Shown here in pieces: positions 41,136 through 54,492 of a DNA stretch of 64,000 nt. A program made the translations under genes and the position numbers. Source of the stretch: Geosiphon pyriformis uo1 (taxonomy: Eukaryota > Fungi > Glomeromycota); the NCBI GenBank assembly GCA_016748015.1, contig JAAOMT010000571.1, positions 1,181,095 to 1,245,094 on the forward strand. Reading direction: 5' to 3'. Within the stretch, counting starts at the first letter, position 1; each line of letters opens with the position of its first letter. The notes beneath the pieces are model-generated. The model was not told where the DNA came from, ran no database searches, and saw only the letters and a program-made list of their open reading frames with translations.

Positions 41136-42511
41136 TTAAGTGTTTAAGTTTGGTTGTTGTTCTATTATAATTATTGGTTCTAAATTTCGGGAAATATCTT
41201 CAGGATTAATTAAAGAGAAATGTGTACCAATTTGTGGAATTAATGGTTCAGGATTGTTTCTGAAGTAATAGTGTTTCAATTGATCTTTATGTGCAACTTT
41301 TGCTAGTACTTTGTCATCAAGTCTTAACTTGTATGATCTATTGTCTAGAATTTCGTGAATATAAAATGGTTTATTCCATTTATGTTCAAATTTTCCACTC
41401 TATTGTTTTTCAGTATAAGAGAATTTTATTTCCAACTTTAAATTTGTTGGTAACTGGTGGCAGTTTGTTGTTATGGTTTTCTTTTTGTAGAGCTTGAAAG
41501 TGTTTAATATGAATGGCTATTATGTATCTCTTTTCTTCCAATGTACTAAGAAGAGTGTAAGCTTTTTTTTGAAGCATTTCTTGAAAGTTTTCTTTATTGA
41601 TTGGTTGTATTGGGTATGTTTCTACTGTAAAATTAATTGGTAATATTGCTGTCCTTCCATAAGTAAGATTAAATAGTATGTGTTTTGTGGTATCTTGTTT
41701 TAGTGTTTTATATGCTAGTAACACTGATGAAATAAAGATATTTCATTTCTGCTCAAAATTTGTTGAGACTTTGGTTAAAAATTCATACAATGTTTTGTTA
41801 AACTATTCTACAAGTCCATTTGTTTGGAGATGATAAGGTAATGATAAAAGTCTTTTAACATTGAATTGTTCACAAATTTTTTGTATCAAGTTGTTCACAA
41901 AATGTGTTTCTTGATTAGATAAAAGTTTAATTGGGCATTCATGTCTACAAATAATGTCTTCATAAATGAAATTTGCTACTGATTTTGCATCTGCTCTTTG
42001 AATGGCTCTAGCTTTAGGCCATTTGATAAGATAATTTACTGCAATTGCAATATAACGATTTCCTTGGATTGTGATAGATAATGGTCTGACTAAATCAATT
42101 TCAACTCTGTTAAAAGATTTTCCAACTTTGATTGGATTTAAAGATTCTGTGGGGTGAGTTCCTCCTCTTTTTTGACAACTATCACAAGATTCTACATATT
42201 GTTGAATGTTTTTTTGCATGTGAGGCCAAAAGTAATGTTCAAGAATTCTTTGAATTGTTCCATCTCTTTCCAAGTGTGCTGAAGAAAGATCTGTGTGCAT
42301 ATTGTATAGAATTGTTTTTTTTTTCATTTTTCTGTATTAATTTGAGTGGTTGATTTGGGTTTCTGTGATTTTTGTAATAAATTTTGTTGTGATATATGAA
42401 ATATTGTTTAAATTGGTGTTGTAATCGATGTTTTTTACTTAGAGACCAATTTTCTGGCATGGTAAAAGTTTCCAAATAGTTTTTAATATTGTTGTAATTT
42501 TTGGGATTTAT
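41136..42511 (-). pseudogene. Gypsy B integrase (separate ORF)
   Basis: HTDLSSAH..YFWP..CDSC, EIDLVRPL, NYLIKWPKA, YHLQTNGLVE. Starts at ATA (probable eroded ATG) at 42511; ends EPIIIIEQQPNLNT*. Confidence 0.88.
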
Positions 42512-42568
42512 TGTTGTTTGGTTATTTTGTTGGTAGATTGGTAAGTTGTAGTGGATTTGTTGTTGGTG

Positions 42569-45177
42569 TTAATTTTGTCTCATTCTTGAGAGGCTATCAA
42601 CATTGGTGTGTAGTTTTCCTGGTTTGTAATATACAATATATTTGTAGTTTGCTAAAAAGTCATTCCATTGAGACTGTTTGGCATTTTGTTTGGTTTTCTT
42701 TTTATTGAGCCATTTGAGGCCAAATATTATCAGTTATGATGTCAAATTTTTTTCCATTCTTCAGGTATTGTTAAAAATGTTTAATAGCCCAAATGACTGT
42801 GGCAGCTTCTAATTTAGTTGAGTCATATTTGAGTTCTGTTGGCTTGAGTGTTCTATTGGCATAGACAATGATTTGTTCTTGGCCATTTTTATTTAATTGT
42901 AATAAGATGGTACCAAATGCTATATGTAAGACATTAGTGGCTAGTTGGAATTATTTGTTGAAGTCTGGGTAAGCAAGAATTGGGGCTGTTGTCAATTTTG
43001 TTTTGAGAGTTTCAAAAGCTTTTTGTTGTTCTTCAGTTCATTGATATGACACGTTTTTATTGATAAAATAATTGAGTGGTTTGGCAATTTCTGAGAATCT
43101 TTTTATGAATTTTTGATAGTAAGAGGCTAATCTTACAAATCTTCATAGCTCTGTGATATTTTTGGAAGTTTGAAAGTTTTTAACAACACTAATTGTTCCA
43201 GGGTTTAATTTGACTCCATCTTTGCTAACAATATGTCCAAAAAAAATTAAACTTGTTTTTCCAAAGTAATATTTCTCAATATTTAACTTTAATCCTGCTT
43301 TCTGTAATCGTTGAAAAACTTCTTACAGATGAATAAGATGGGCTTCAAAACTTGGTAAGTACACATTAGTATTATCCAGATAGACAACTACTAATTGTCA
43401 TAAGAGTCTTTTATATACAACATCTATGAATTATTGGAATGTTGTTGGTATATTGCAAAGTCCAAAAGGCATAACATTAAACTCATAGTTTCTTTTTTAA
43501 GTGGTAAATGCTGTTTTGAGTCGATCTTTTGGGTCTATTTCGATTTGCTAGTATCTACTTTTCAAGTCTAAAGTTGAGAAAAACTTGGCTTTTCCTAGAG
43601 CATCTAGCATGTCATTAATTTTTAGTAGAGAGTAGGCATTTCTAATTATCACATTGTTCAGTTGGTAATAGTCAACACAAAATCTGATTTTTCCATTTTT
43701 CTTTTTAACAAAGACTACTGATAAGGCCCAAGAACTTTTTAATGGTTGAATCAATTTATTATTAAGCATTCTCTAAACTTCTTCCCTGATGAATTGGTGG
43801 CTGGCAGATGGCATTCAATAAGCTTGTTGATGTTTTGGTAGAGCATCTTCTGTGTGGATTTAATGTTGAACAATATCAGTTTTTCCAAGATCATTGTTGT
43901 CTTTTGCAAATATGTTAGTGAATTCAGCTATTAACTGTTTTAATTGTCTTTGTTGTTAAGATTCTAAGGGACCCATATTGATTCAAAAGAGTTTTTTTTT
44001 CAAAAGGTGGTAGTTTTCAGTAGTAGAAATGATGTTTGAATTTGAAAGTAGTGTATGTCTTATAATTTTGATGAAATTAGAAACAATTTGAGAGTTTTCA
44101 TCTTAGAAGATATTGCTGTGTATGATTCTAATCTCTAATTTATTCAATAAGACAATAGGGTAATTATTGGGATTGTAGAATGTAACTCAAAATTTTTTTA
44201 TTTCTTTGGGAATATAAACATTTAGGATTGAGATTTTATGCTTTAAACAGATTTGTTCATTGGATTCAAAGATTTGTTGAGTAGTGGTGAGTTTTGAGCA
44301 AGTGTAAATTTCGTGATGTTCTCCAAAAAGTGAAATGGTAATTGGTTAGAGAAATTGAAGAATCTGGTAAGATTCATACTGTGTATTAAGAGCTATGTTT
44401 ACTGGCACTGTAAATCATCCAGTTAAACCAAAACCTTGAGTTCCTCTTTTACTTTTTCCCAATTGTTCTCTGTTCTTAACTGATTGTAAACCCGAAATGT
44501 TGATTAAGGATAAGTAAATTGCTTGGGCAATTTTTTTAGCATGTTCAATCCTAAATGGTTTGTTTGTTTCATTTTGTAACATAATGGTAATGTCTCCAGT
44601 ATATTCTGCATTTATAACTTCTCCTCTAACATTGATTCTTTTGCTTGCCAATAATAATCAGGAAGCAATTTGTATCATTGCTCTTAGTGGTATTTTAAGA
44701 GCAATTTTGAGGTTGATTTTGGTTAAGGATTTTGGTTAAAGAACCAAAGTATCTTTGCCAGGATATTTGAGATCATATCTTACATCAATTTTATGGGCTT
44801 TTTCTGGTTTTATTTCTTGTCCATTGTTGTCAAAGTATTTGAGTTGTATAGCAGACTGGTTTTTAGTAAAATAGATTGGTGTTGTTGCAATTTCTTCTTT
44901 TGTTTCCAGTTTTCCAAATTCAATTTCTTTCTGGTTATTTTCACTGAGCAGGGAAATGCTAAAAGCATAGCATTTTGGACACCATTTGTTATCACAAGAC
45001 ATGATGCATTCTTTACACAATTGAATGTTTATTTGCTCTAATCATTGAATTTGAGCTTCTTGGATTGGATATGTTTGGCTTGCAATTTGGTGGTATGTTT
45101 CTATTCATCTTCATAGTTGAATCCAGCTAATTCTATTGTGTATTCAATGTACTCAGCTTTTTTTATTTGTCAGACAT
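42569..45177 (-). pseudogene. Gypsy B pol, 3' part: Cys motif, dUTPase (~44810-44415), RT, RNase H
   Basis: CKECIMSCDNKWCPKC; YDLKYP, ASKRINVRGEVINAEYTG, IAQAI, RGTQGFG; RFCVDY, FSTLDL. Ends SRMRQN* (42571-42569). Confidence 0.9.
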
Positions 45178-46054
45178 TGTTACTCATAGAAATATAGAAA
45201 ATATATTAGCATGATTATTAGCCAATCAGAAGTAGGCGTAGTAAATGTGGAATTCCAGGATTCCTCTTAGGAATTGCAGGATTCCAGGAATTTCAGGATT
45301 CCCCAACAAAGAATTGCAGGATTCCAGAATTCCAGGATTTCTCTCAAAGAATTGCAGAATTCTAGAAATTCCAGGATTCCTGTCATGAAGAATCAAGGAA
45401 TTGAGAAATCTCAATTATGTATATATAGCAGCAGGATTAGAAGCTGAAAAGACAGACCTCTTAGTTTTAGATTTAATCTAAGCAACTCTCCAAATTACAA
45501 TCATTTAATAAATAACTATTTGTTATCTCAAACCCATTTCCACTATCAACACTTCATGTTGATAGTAATTGATACTTAACCACACTAGAACAATAGCTCT
45601 TGATCATGGCTATTAATGGAATACTAACTTGCAAATTGCCTTGGCTTATTTCTTTTCTTTCTTTATTTTATTTTCTTTTTTTTATTTTCTTGTTTTGATT
45701 TTATTGTTGTTTACTAACTTTATTGAAGATTAATGCACAGGGCACTGATGTTAGGATAAACATGACTGGTAAAAAACCCAGAAATAAGGGTAGAACACTC
45801 GATTAAGGATAGCTTACCAGAAGGAATACTGGCCATCAAGCTGAGAAAAAAATTGACGAAACTGCAGTTTCAGGAAGCTACGGAAAAAACTATTACCATT
45901 GAATCTCTGTCCATTATACAAAGAACTCAACCAAATCCTTTAAATACAAAACCTTCAGATACCAAACCCTTAGATCATTGACAACAAAAATAGCTTTGAG
46001 CACCAAGTTATGGGTTTGTATTTAATTCAACACCAGAAATTGTTACCTGTAACA
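45178..46054 (+). repeat. 5' LTR of Gypsy A2 (877 bp)
   Basis: Direct repeat of 54493-55352; U3 with GGAATTCCAGGATTCC-type repeats. Confidence 0.95.
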
Positions 46055-46116
46055 TTTGGTGCTTCCTGTGAAATATAATCTTACAAAAAACCAGCACCAA
46101 CAAACACCATCCAAAA

Positions 46117-49100
46117 GTGACAGAATCAAAAAACATAGGAGCAAACCATTTAGGATTCGTGAAATCTCTATTTCAACACTATTGTCAACACTTGGGATTA
46201 AACCACAATCATATATCCACCGAATCCCTTTAATTTTTATGTCAACAAAAAGATTTCCTCTTTGTTAGGAACACCAGTGAATACTAAATCAGCCAGGGAA
46301 ACTTTCTACAGAAAATTAATTCAAAATACCAATCTGCCAACAAATCACAATTTTGCCTTCATTATTACTAAGATCAACAAAGAAATTGAACATCACACCC
46401 AACAAAGATATCCAATTACTTATGCCAGTAAAGGCAAAGGAAAACTATAAACACCAGCGGTAACACCCAAAAAGATACAACTACCCACTTGGAAAAAAAC
46501 AAGAATTGAATCACCAACTGCTTTATTCTATTACTACACACTGGGAAGTGCCATCAATATAACATCAGCAAGCGCATCTATATTAAACACAATATCAACA
46601 TTTGAACAATTCCCATTCCAAAGTAAACAAAAAAAAATAGATCTACTAGGACCATATGGCGAATATTTTGAAGGATTTAAGTCACGATTACCAACACCAT
46701 CAGGAATTTGATCACTGCCGCTTCAACTGGACTTTGGAACCACTACTCTGTGGGAACTATCTGAAGAAGAAGAGGAAGAAGAATTGGAAGATCAAGAATT
46801 TACTTACCAAAATCTGATTCTTAAAAACCCAGAATTTGGAACCCCGAATGTTCAAACTCAGCAAGAAAATCCAAAAATCGAAACTCTGAATATTCAAGCA
46901 CTGCAAAATCAAAACCCTGAAGTAATTAATCAACACTTATTTCTAGTTATTGTCATCGATCAACCACTAGTTAAACCAATTGGTCAGCCCATTCAAATAC
47001 CGAACCAACAAAATCAACAACCACTCTTAGTACCACCTCAACAACAACAACAACTTTCACCACAGCAACAACAACAAATGACATATGCACCAATCACGAA
47101 GCTCGACAAATTCACTGGCGAAAAAGACAATACACAAGTTTGGCTAAATGATGTAGAAAAAGCCATCACAGCCAATGGATGGAATGATGCCAGAGCCATG
47201 CAAACTATACCTTATTTTCTTAAGAATACAGCAGATTCATGGTATCAAAGCCTGGTTGACAAACCCCAAGATTTCAACACCTTCAAATTAGAATTTTTGA
47301 GATACTTTAGCAATAACAACAGCATCAACAGATTAGCCAACACTTTCACTACAATTAAACAAGGAGAAACTGAAGCAGTTACCACATATTTAGGACGCTT
47401 CCATAGAAATCTACAACAAATTCAAGCAATTGATGCTAATTATTTTACAGCATCACAAATTCTCAATCAATTCATCTGTGGCCTGTACAGTAGCATCCTG
47501 CAACATGTATGCCCATTGCATCCAGCCACTCTTCAGGATGCAGTCACACATGCCAGAAATTTTGAATCTGCTGAATTAGAAACCAATCACACCCATGCCG
47601 TGAACCTAGTAATGAATAAATCATTTGAATTAGATTCTAAATTAAAACAATTCAGTGATTCAATTAATCAGAAGTTAGAAAAATACTTAGCTGACAATCG
47701 CACAATTTATCAACCATCACAATGACCCAATAATCCAGAAAACACGAATTGTTTCCAAAATCAGTCATGTCTATTATTATCATCAACTGCACTTAATCAA
47801 CTGTGGCAGCCAGAAACACGTGTTTGCCACAACTGTGGTAAACAAGGACACATAAGAGCAGACTGCAGATTTTATAGCAACAATTCATGATCAGGAAATC
47901 AATATCAAAACCCTGATCACAGATTTCAAATTCCAAATTGTTACCCAAATCAAGATTAAACTATCCACCTATCAATGATACAGTTACAAATCTATCAACC
48001 ACTAGTATATTAAACTCCAGTCTATCAGACACCTGCAATCTATCAACCACAGCCGCAAGTAATTTATCAGCCACAACTTCAAGTAATTTATTAAACCCAA
48101 CAACAAATTCAAACACCATCACAAAACTTACCTCAAAACAGACTCCAAAGGCTGAGAATGATACAACAAAACTGGTAATCGGTAATGGTAATCGGTAATC
48201 GGTAATGGTAGTCCATCAACTGATCCCCAATTTGTCAAACCAGCAGACAGAATCTTGTCAGTGGAATTCTGGTACTGGTGCCACCCAAAACCCAAATTCC
48301 CAGAACTATTTAAGTCTCTTGGTTACCTCAGAAGACACCACCAACACCAATTCGGGATCCAACCAACAATTAACACTCACCAGCAATATTCTACCTACTA
48401 CTATTACCAAAGACAAGTCCTTGACTGCTATCTTCCCATTCGAATTCGAGGAAACAACTGCAATGCCGTTATTTAGTAAAGCTGTTTTTAAAGCCAAACC
48501 AATTACCGCAATGTACACGGATGCCAAAGTCAATGGACAATCTATTAAATTGATTCTCGACAGCAGTTCAGCAGGTAACATCATTACACAACAACTTATG
48601 GACCAATTAGGTCGCCAAGTTGATTGCACTACCAGCACCAGAATCATCACAGCCAATGGAGCAACCAAAACGCCTATCAGTGAGATAGATGAATTCCCAT
48701 TTGAAGTTAACAGCATCATCACTCCTATCAAAGTCTTGGTAATGGAAGCCACCCAATACCAAACTCTAATTGGTAATGACTGGCTGTCCAAAACTAATAC
48801 CATTCTGGACTGGATGACACAAGAGCTCCAACTAAGCATTAATGGTCAACACACCTGTGTGCCAGCCACGTGTGACTACTTCAAGATTCTGTTAAGAGAG
48901 GAATTATTGATAGAGCTGGAAAAAGAAGAAAAGAAGCCTATCTGAAAAGCTTACCAAGTCTCGTGGGCCGATAATGACCACAACAAATTGCCACCTGTAC
49001 TCTTATAAAATGACAAAAGAAAGAGGAAAGAAGAAGAAAAACTTACCTAGAGAACAAACCAAGAATCATGGAGTAATGACGGCCAAAGTGAATCAGCCAC

Positions 49101-52100
49101 TAAATGGAGTTGGGAAGAAAAGGGGAAAGGAAAAGAACAGAAAGAGGAACCAAAACAAACCACCACCTCCACTCATATTCCATATGTAACATCACCTCAA
49201 AACGCTTATTGTTAACCCAAACTCATATGCGTCAGTTGTGATAAGAAACTGTCAACAATGGGTGCATGCTGTAGTAAGGACAAAAAATAAACAACAGTAA
49301 CCAAATACTATTGTTGCCCATGTGTCCTTTAACATGATGGACAACCACCAAAAATAAAAAAATGGGATGGTACCTTGTGTTTAGCTTGTGGAAATACTCT
49401 CTTAGATGAAGAAATATGGAAAGACATTCCTGGAAGAGGAGGAGCATGCAATGAGACATGCCAATACACTATCTTGATTAATAACTGGGTACAAAAAAGA
49501 ACTCCCATCAATGACGTCTGGAAGCAAGCATTAAGATGCCTAGAAAGATATCTACATGATGAAAATGAGATCTGGAGAATAACATATGCTATGTCAGAAG
49601 GCGCTACAACAAAGGAGCTGAGAGAAATTAAAAACAACCCACTATTCCTACCTGAACCCGAATATGTCCAAACCTTCAATGTCTTTGGCAACATCAAAGA
49701 CGATCCAGAGAAATTTCATGAGCACTACCAGTGACTAGCACCCACAAAAAAAGAACAAGAAGAGTGCTTAGCACAGTTAAACACCCAGCTATGTGACCAC
49801 TGTTTAATTTTATGTGACTTTCAATATTGTAATGAGTGTGACCTCATTTACAATCCATCACTACACATGATCTACACAATCCCTGAAGAGGAAAAACCAA
49901 TTAGCAATTGTGCATCAGAATCAGAATCATCAATCAATCGCAATTCAAACTCTGACAATGACAATAACAACAATGGTTCAAGCTCCATTCAAAATGGCAA
50001 TAACAATAACAATGATTCCAACTCAGATTCAAACTCTGATACAAACTACGAACAATATATTGCACTACCAAATCTCTCCAAGGAGCAGGAATTGAAATGG
50101 TATAGTAATAATGGGGAAGGTATTATGCCAGAATACATGTATAATACTGATGCAGGATTTGATCTGAGGTATCTAGGAAAAGAAGCCATCAAATTAAAAC
50201 CACATTCATGCACTTGTATTGATCTGAAAATAGTGCTGGAAATTCTGGCAACAACAATGGTTCAATTAGCATCTAGGAGTAGTTTAGCGAAAAGAGGGAT
50301 TAATATAAAAAGAGGAATAATTGATGCGGAATATGTAGGAAATATCATTGTTATGCTACAAAATAACTCAGAAAAAGCCTATATAATAGAGCCCAATGAA
50401 AAGATAGCACAGGCAATATTTCTGCCTCTGGTTAGAGTAGCTTAGTTGGTATTAGTGAGAAAGAGGGAGAAATTAGGGATAACAACAAGAGAAATACAGA
50501 GATTTGGGTCAACGGGTAGAATAAATATACCAATTAATATGGTGGAGGAAGAAATTGTTGGCCAAGGAAAAATTATCTCAACTGGTTAAGCTATTTTTAT
50601 TTCACCATATAGCCAGTACATGCTAGCAATAGAAAGAAAGGAAAAAGAGCAAGAACAGATTTTTGAAGCTGAAGCAAATCTTTGTGAATCAGGAGAGATT
50701 GGATTGAGCAATCTCCACATACCAGCCAAAAGCTATAATCACATAAAAATTCCTATCTACAACAACACTGGCAATGTTATTAACATACCAGAAGGAACCA
50801 CCATTGGATATTTAACCACAGAAATAGAAAACCAACCACCAAACCCCATTCCAGACTTTCTACAGCTTTGTGGATATGTTGATATAACATCACAAATGAT
50901 ATATGAACAAAGCAAATGTTATTTGCTCCAACTAGAACAATTGGAACAAATAAACATGGGAAACTTGGATCTACTCCAAAGTATACAACTTAAGATGTCT
51001 CTCAACAATTTTAATGACATCTTTGCCAGCGAAAATAAGTTTGGCCAAACTGACATCATCTAGCATCAGATCAAGACTGAAGATACAATGCCAATTAAAC
51101 AAAGAGCATACAGAGTACTACCAGCTAGCCACGAGATTATCCAGTAAGAGATAAACTAAATGCTTGACAACGGGCTAATTCAGCCATTAATGAGCCCATG
51201 GTTATCACCAGTAGTACTCGTTCGTAAAAAGAATAGAAAGATCCGCTTTTGTGTAGATTATAGAAAACTCAATGGAGTAATTTGTGGAGATAGCTACCCC
51301 ACTCCACAGATCCAAGAATTATTCAATGCTTTTGGTGGAAACAAATGGTTTTCAACATTAGACCTGGACAGTGGTTACTGGCAAGTAGCCATGGATCCAA
51401 CTGACAAAAAAAAGATGGCATTTACTACCAAAAAAGAGAATTTTGAATTTGAAATAATGCCATTTGGCTTAACCAACGCACCAGCCACTTTCCAAAGGCT
51501 AATAGAAATTGTTTATATGAGCTTATTGTGAAAATCAGTAGTTGTATACTTGGACAACACCAATGTATTCTCAAAAACATTTGATGATCATCTTTATTAT
51601 CTTCAACAAGTATTCGAAAGACTAAGAAGAGCAGGACTAAAGTTAAATACAACAAAGTGTTTTTTTGGCAAAACAGAACTAAAATTCTTGGGACATATAG
51701 TCAGCAAAGACAGCATCAAAATGGATCTAGAGAAAATAAAGATAGTAAAGAACTTTTCAATACTGACAAATATAACAAAACTGAAATTATTCTTGGAATT
51801 TACCAGCTACTATCGACATTTTATCAAGAACTTTTCCAAGATAGTGCAGCCACTCAACCAATTGCAAACCAAGAATACAAAATATGAATGGACAAAAAGT
51901 CAACAAGAAGCTTTTGATATTTTAAGAAGAAAGCTCATTCAAGCTCCAGTACTGATCTATCCAAATCACAGCAAACCATTCATCATTACCACCAATGCAT
52001 CCAGCCAAGCATTGGGAGCAGTACTATCTCAGAGAGGACCAGATGGCAGGAAACATTCAGTAGCATATGCCAGCAAAGGTTTAACACCAGCCGAAAAGAA

Positions 52101-52350
52101 CTATGGAACACCAGAACAAGAACACTTAGTGATATACTGAGTAGTCATAAAATAGAAAAAATACTTGAGCCAGAAGTTTAAAGTATACACAGATCACAAA
52201 AGATTAACATCACTTCAAAAACAAGAATTTGGAGATGGAAGACAATCAAGATGGAAAATGGCACTCATACTATATAATTATACTATACATTATAAAAAGG
52301 GAAAAGACAATGGAAATGCTGATGGTTTGTCACAAATGAGACAAATCTAA
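46117..52350 (+). pseudogene. Gypsy A2 gag-pol ORF1: Gag, CHNCGKQGHIRADC knuckle, PR, Cys-rich region, dUTPase (~50120-50520), RT, RNase H
   Basis: LILDSSSAGNII; DAGFDLRY, LASRSSLA, IIDAEYVG, IAQAI; RFCVDYRKLN, MPFGLTNAPATFQ; VYTDH. Ends GLSQMRQI* (52348-52350). A 20-nt microduplication at ~48187-48206 explains the Gag/PR frame change. Confidence 0.93.
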
Positions 52351-52412
52351 GAACATTTCAACCCAAAATATAACAAAACCAGAACAATACCAACGAAAAA
52401 ATATAACAAAAG

Positions 52413-53795
52413 ATGAACATACAAAAATATCAACAACTGCAACATTATATAAACACTCAACAGTTCAAGGAGAATTTATCTCAAACAGAATGAAAGAGTA
52501 TCAAACAACAATCAAAATATTTTATTACTCACCAAAATATACTTTATCGGAAAAATAGAAGAGAGCTAGAGCAACCAACCAGAGTAATTACAGAGCCAGA
52601 AAAAGAGACAATATTATTCAACATGCACTCAAATCCAACAGCAGAACACTTTCACAAAGAAGCAACCATGGAAAGAACCAGAAAAAGATACTATTTGCCA
52701 TCAATGTATCCAGACATTATCCAATATGTTCAAAATTGTGATGCTTTTCAGTGAAGAGAAAGAACAAGATCCAGTGAACAATTAAGACCAATCAAAGTGG
52801 GACAACCATTTGACCGTATTGGAATTGATTTAGTCAGACCATTAACAATCACCAGAGGAGGAAACAGGTACATAGCAGTAGCCATAGACTATCTCACTAA
52901 ATGGCCAGAGGCAAAAGCAATTCAAAGAGCGGATGCAGAATCCGTTGCCAAATTTGTTCATCAAGATTTGATTTGTCAACATGGATGTCTAAAAGAATTA
53001 TTAGTAGACCAAGGAACTCATTTTGTGAACAGAACATTAACAGAATTGAGCCAAAGATTCGGAATTAAGAGACCATTATCATCACCATACCATCCACAAA
53101 CCAATGGATTAGTCGAAAGATTCAACAAAACATTGTATGAAGCAATAGCTAAGCTCAGCCAAGAAAACCAGAACGATTGAGATTTGTTTATACCATCAGT
53201 ACTATTTGCTTATTGGACAATAAAACAAGATACTACACAAGCAACACTATTTGAATTAGTGTATGGGAGAACAACAACATTACCAGTAGAGAGAGAAATT
53301 AATACATATCCAGCTGAACCAATAACAGAAGAAAATTTTCAAGAAACATTGCTGAAAAGAACATATGACTTAATGGAAACATTGAAAAACAATCGAAGAA
53401 AAGCAGCTGATAATATTCAAAAGTTACAAAAAAAACAAAAAAAAAGACACAATAGTCAACTACCAGACAAACCAGTTGAATTCAAGATTGGAGACAAAGT
53501 ACTCTTATATCGTACCAAAACAGAAAAACAATGGAATGGAAAATTTGACCCCAAATGGAACGGACCATTTTACATAGAAGAAATTCTAGGAAATAGAGCT
53601 TACAAATTAAGACTGGACAACAAAATCTTAACCAAAGCAGCACATGGAGATCGACTGAAACTATACCACAACACTATACTACCATCCACCAGTAATATTC
53701 CACAATTAGGAGTACAGAGAATACTAGTCCAACCAGATCAAATTTTACAAGATCTGGAACCAATCATTATTATTGACAACAACACGTCAAATTGA
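52413..53795 (+). pseudogene. Gypsy A2 integrase (separate ORF)
   Basis: ATG at 52413; IGIDLV, DYLTKWPEA, DQGTHF, PYHPQTNGLVERFN, KWNGPF. Confidence 0.92.
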
Positions 53796-53849
53796 TCCAT
53801 CAAAAGAATATATAAAGACATAGTAGACACAACAAAAAATATCAGAAAA

Positions 53850-54479
53850 ATGGAAATTACAGACAACATTTACTCACTAGTACAACAACTCTTTCAATTG
53901 ATCTAACACCAGGAAATGGAGATTACAATCAATTAACAAACCATTCAATATCAAGATACTAGAAAACCATTACAACCCAGAACACAGAAGAAAACTGAAA
54001 ATACTGTGGACAAAATCATTGCGAAAGTAAAATTAGCAATAAGAAAGTTGACAAAAAAGTCACTATATCAAAAATTGACTAAAGAAACTTGGAATTGGTG
54101 GATACAACAATTTCCATAAAACTATTGTTATTTTTACTTGGGACAACACATAAATATCCAGAATCTATATACGGATAAAACAAAGTAATTATTCGACAAA
54201 AAAATACTACAACAATTAGAACATTTTGTGGGAAAAAACAACTTATCCACACAGGTCTGAGCTATATACCAAATACACACAGCATTTCAGGATAGACCAG
54301 AAATATTACTCAACAAAGCAATAGATATGGTTACCAGTAATCAATTGGGAAAGATCACCAATGCTTAATTTGAAAAATTACAGACCCAAATAACACAAGT
54401 AATTCTCAAAAACAAAATCCAGAAAATACTTCAAGAGGGAGAATTAAACGAGTTGGATTTCGACAGAGCTCAATATTAA
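53850..54479 (+). pseudogene. Gypsy A2 ORF3 (209 codons, several in-frame stops)
   Basis: MEITDNIYSLVQQLF...YCYFYLG...AIYQIH..F...NQLGKITN...DFDRAQY*; no frameshift; abuts the PPT. Confidence 0.75.
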
Positions 54480-54492
54480 AAGAAGAAAATAA

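Noticed and set aside
47938-48198. Ser/Thr-rich 86-aa ORF
   Set aside because: Alternative frame of the Gln/Pro-rich (IYQPQ) Gag tail.
48171-48212. Programmed Gag-Pol frameshift in A2
   Set aside because: Explained by a copy-specific 20-nt GGTAAT(C) microduplication; A1 is in frame across this point.
53850-54479. ORF3 as an env gene
   Set aside because: Too short, no signal peptide, furin site or transmembrane anchor visible.
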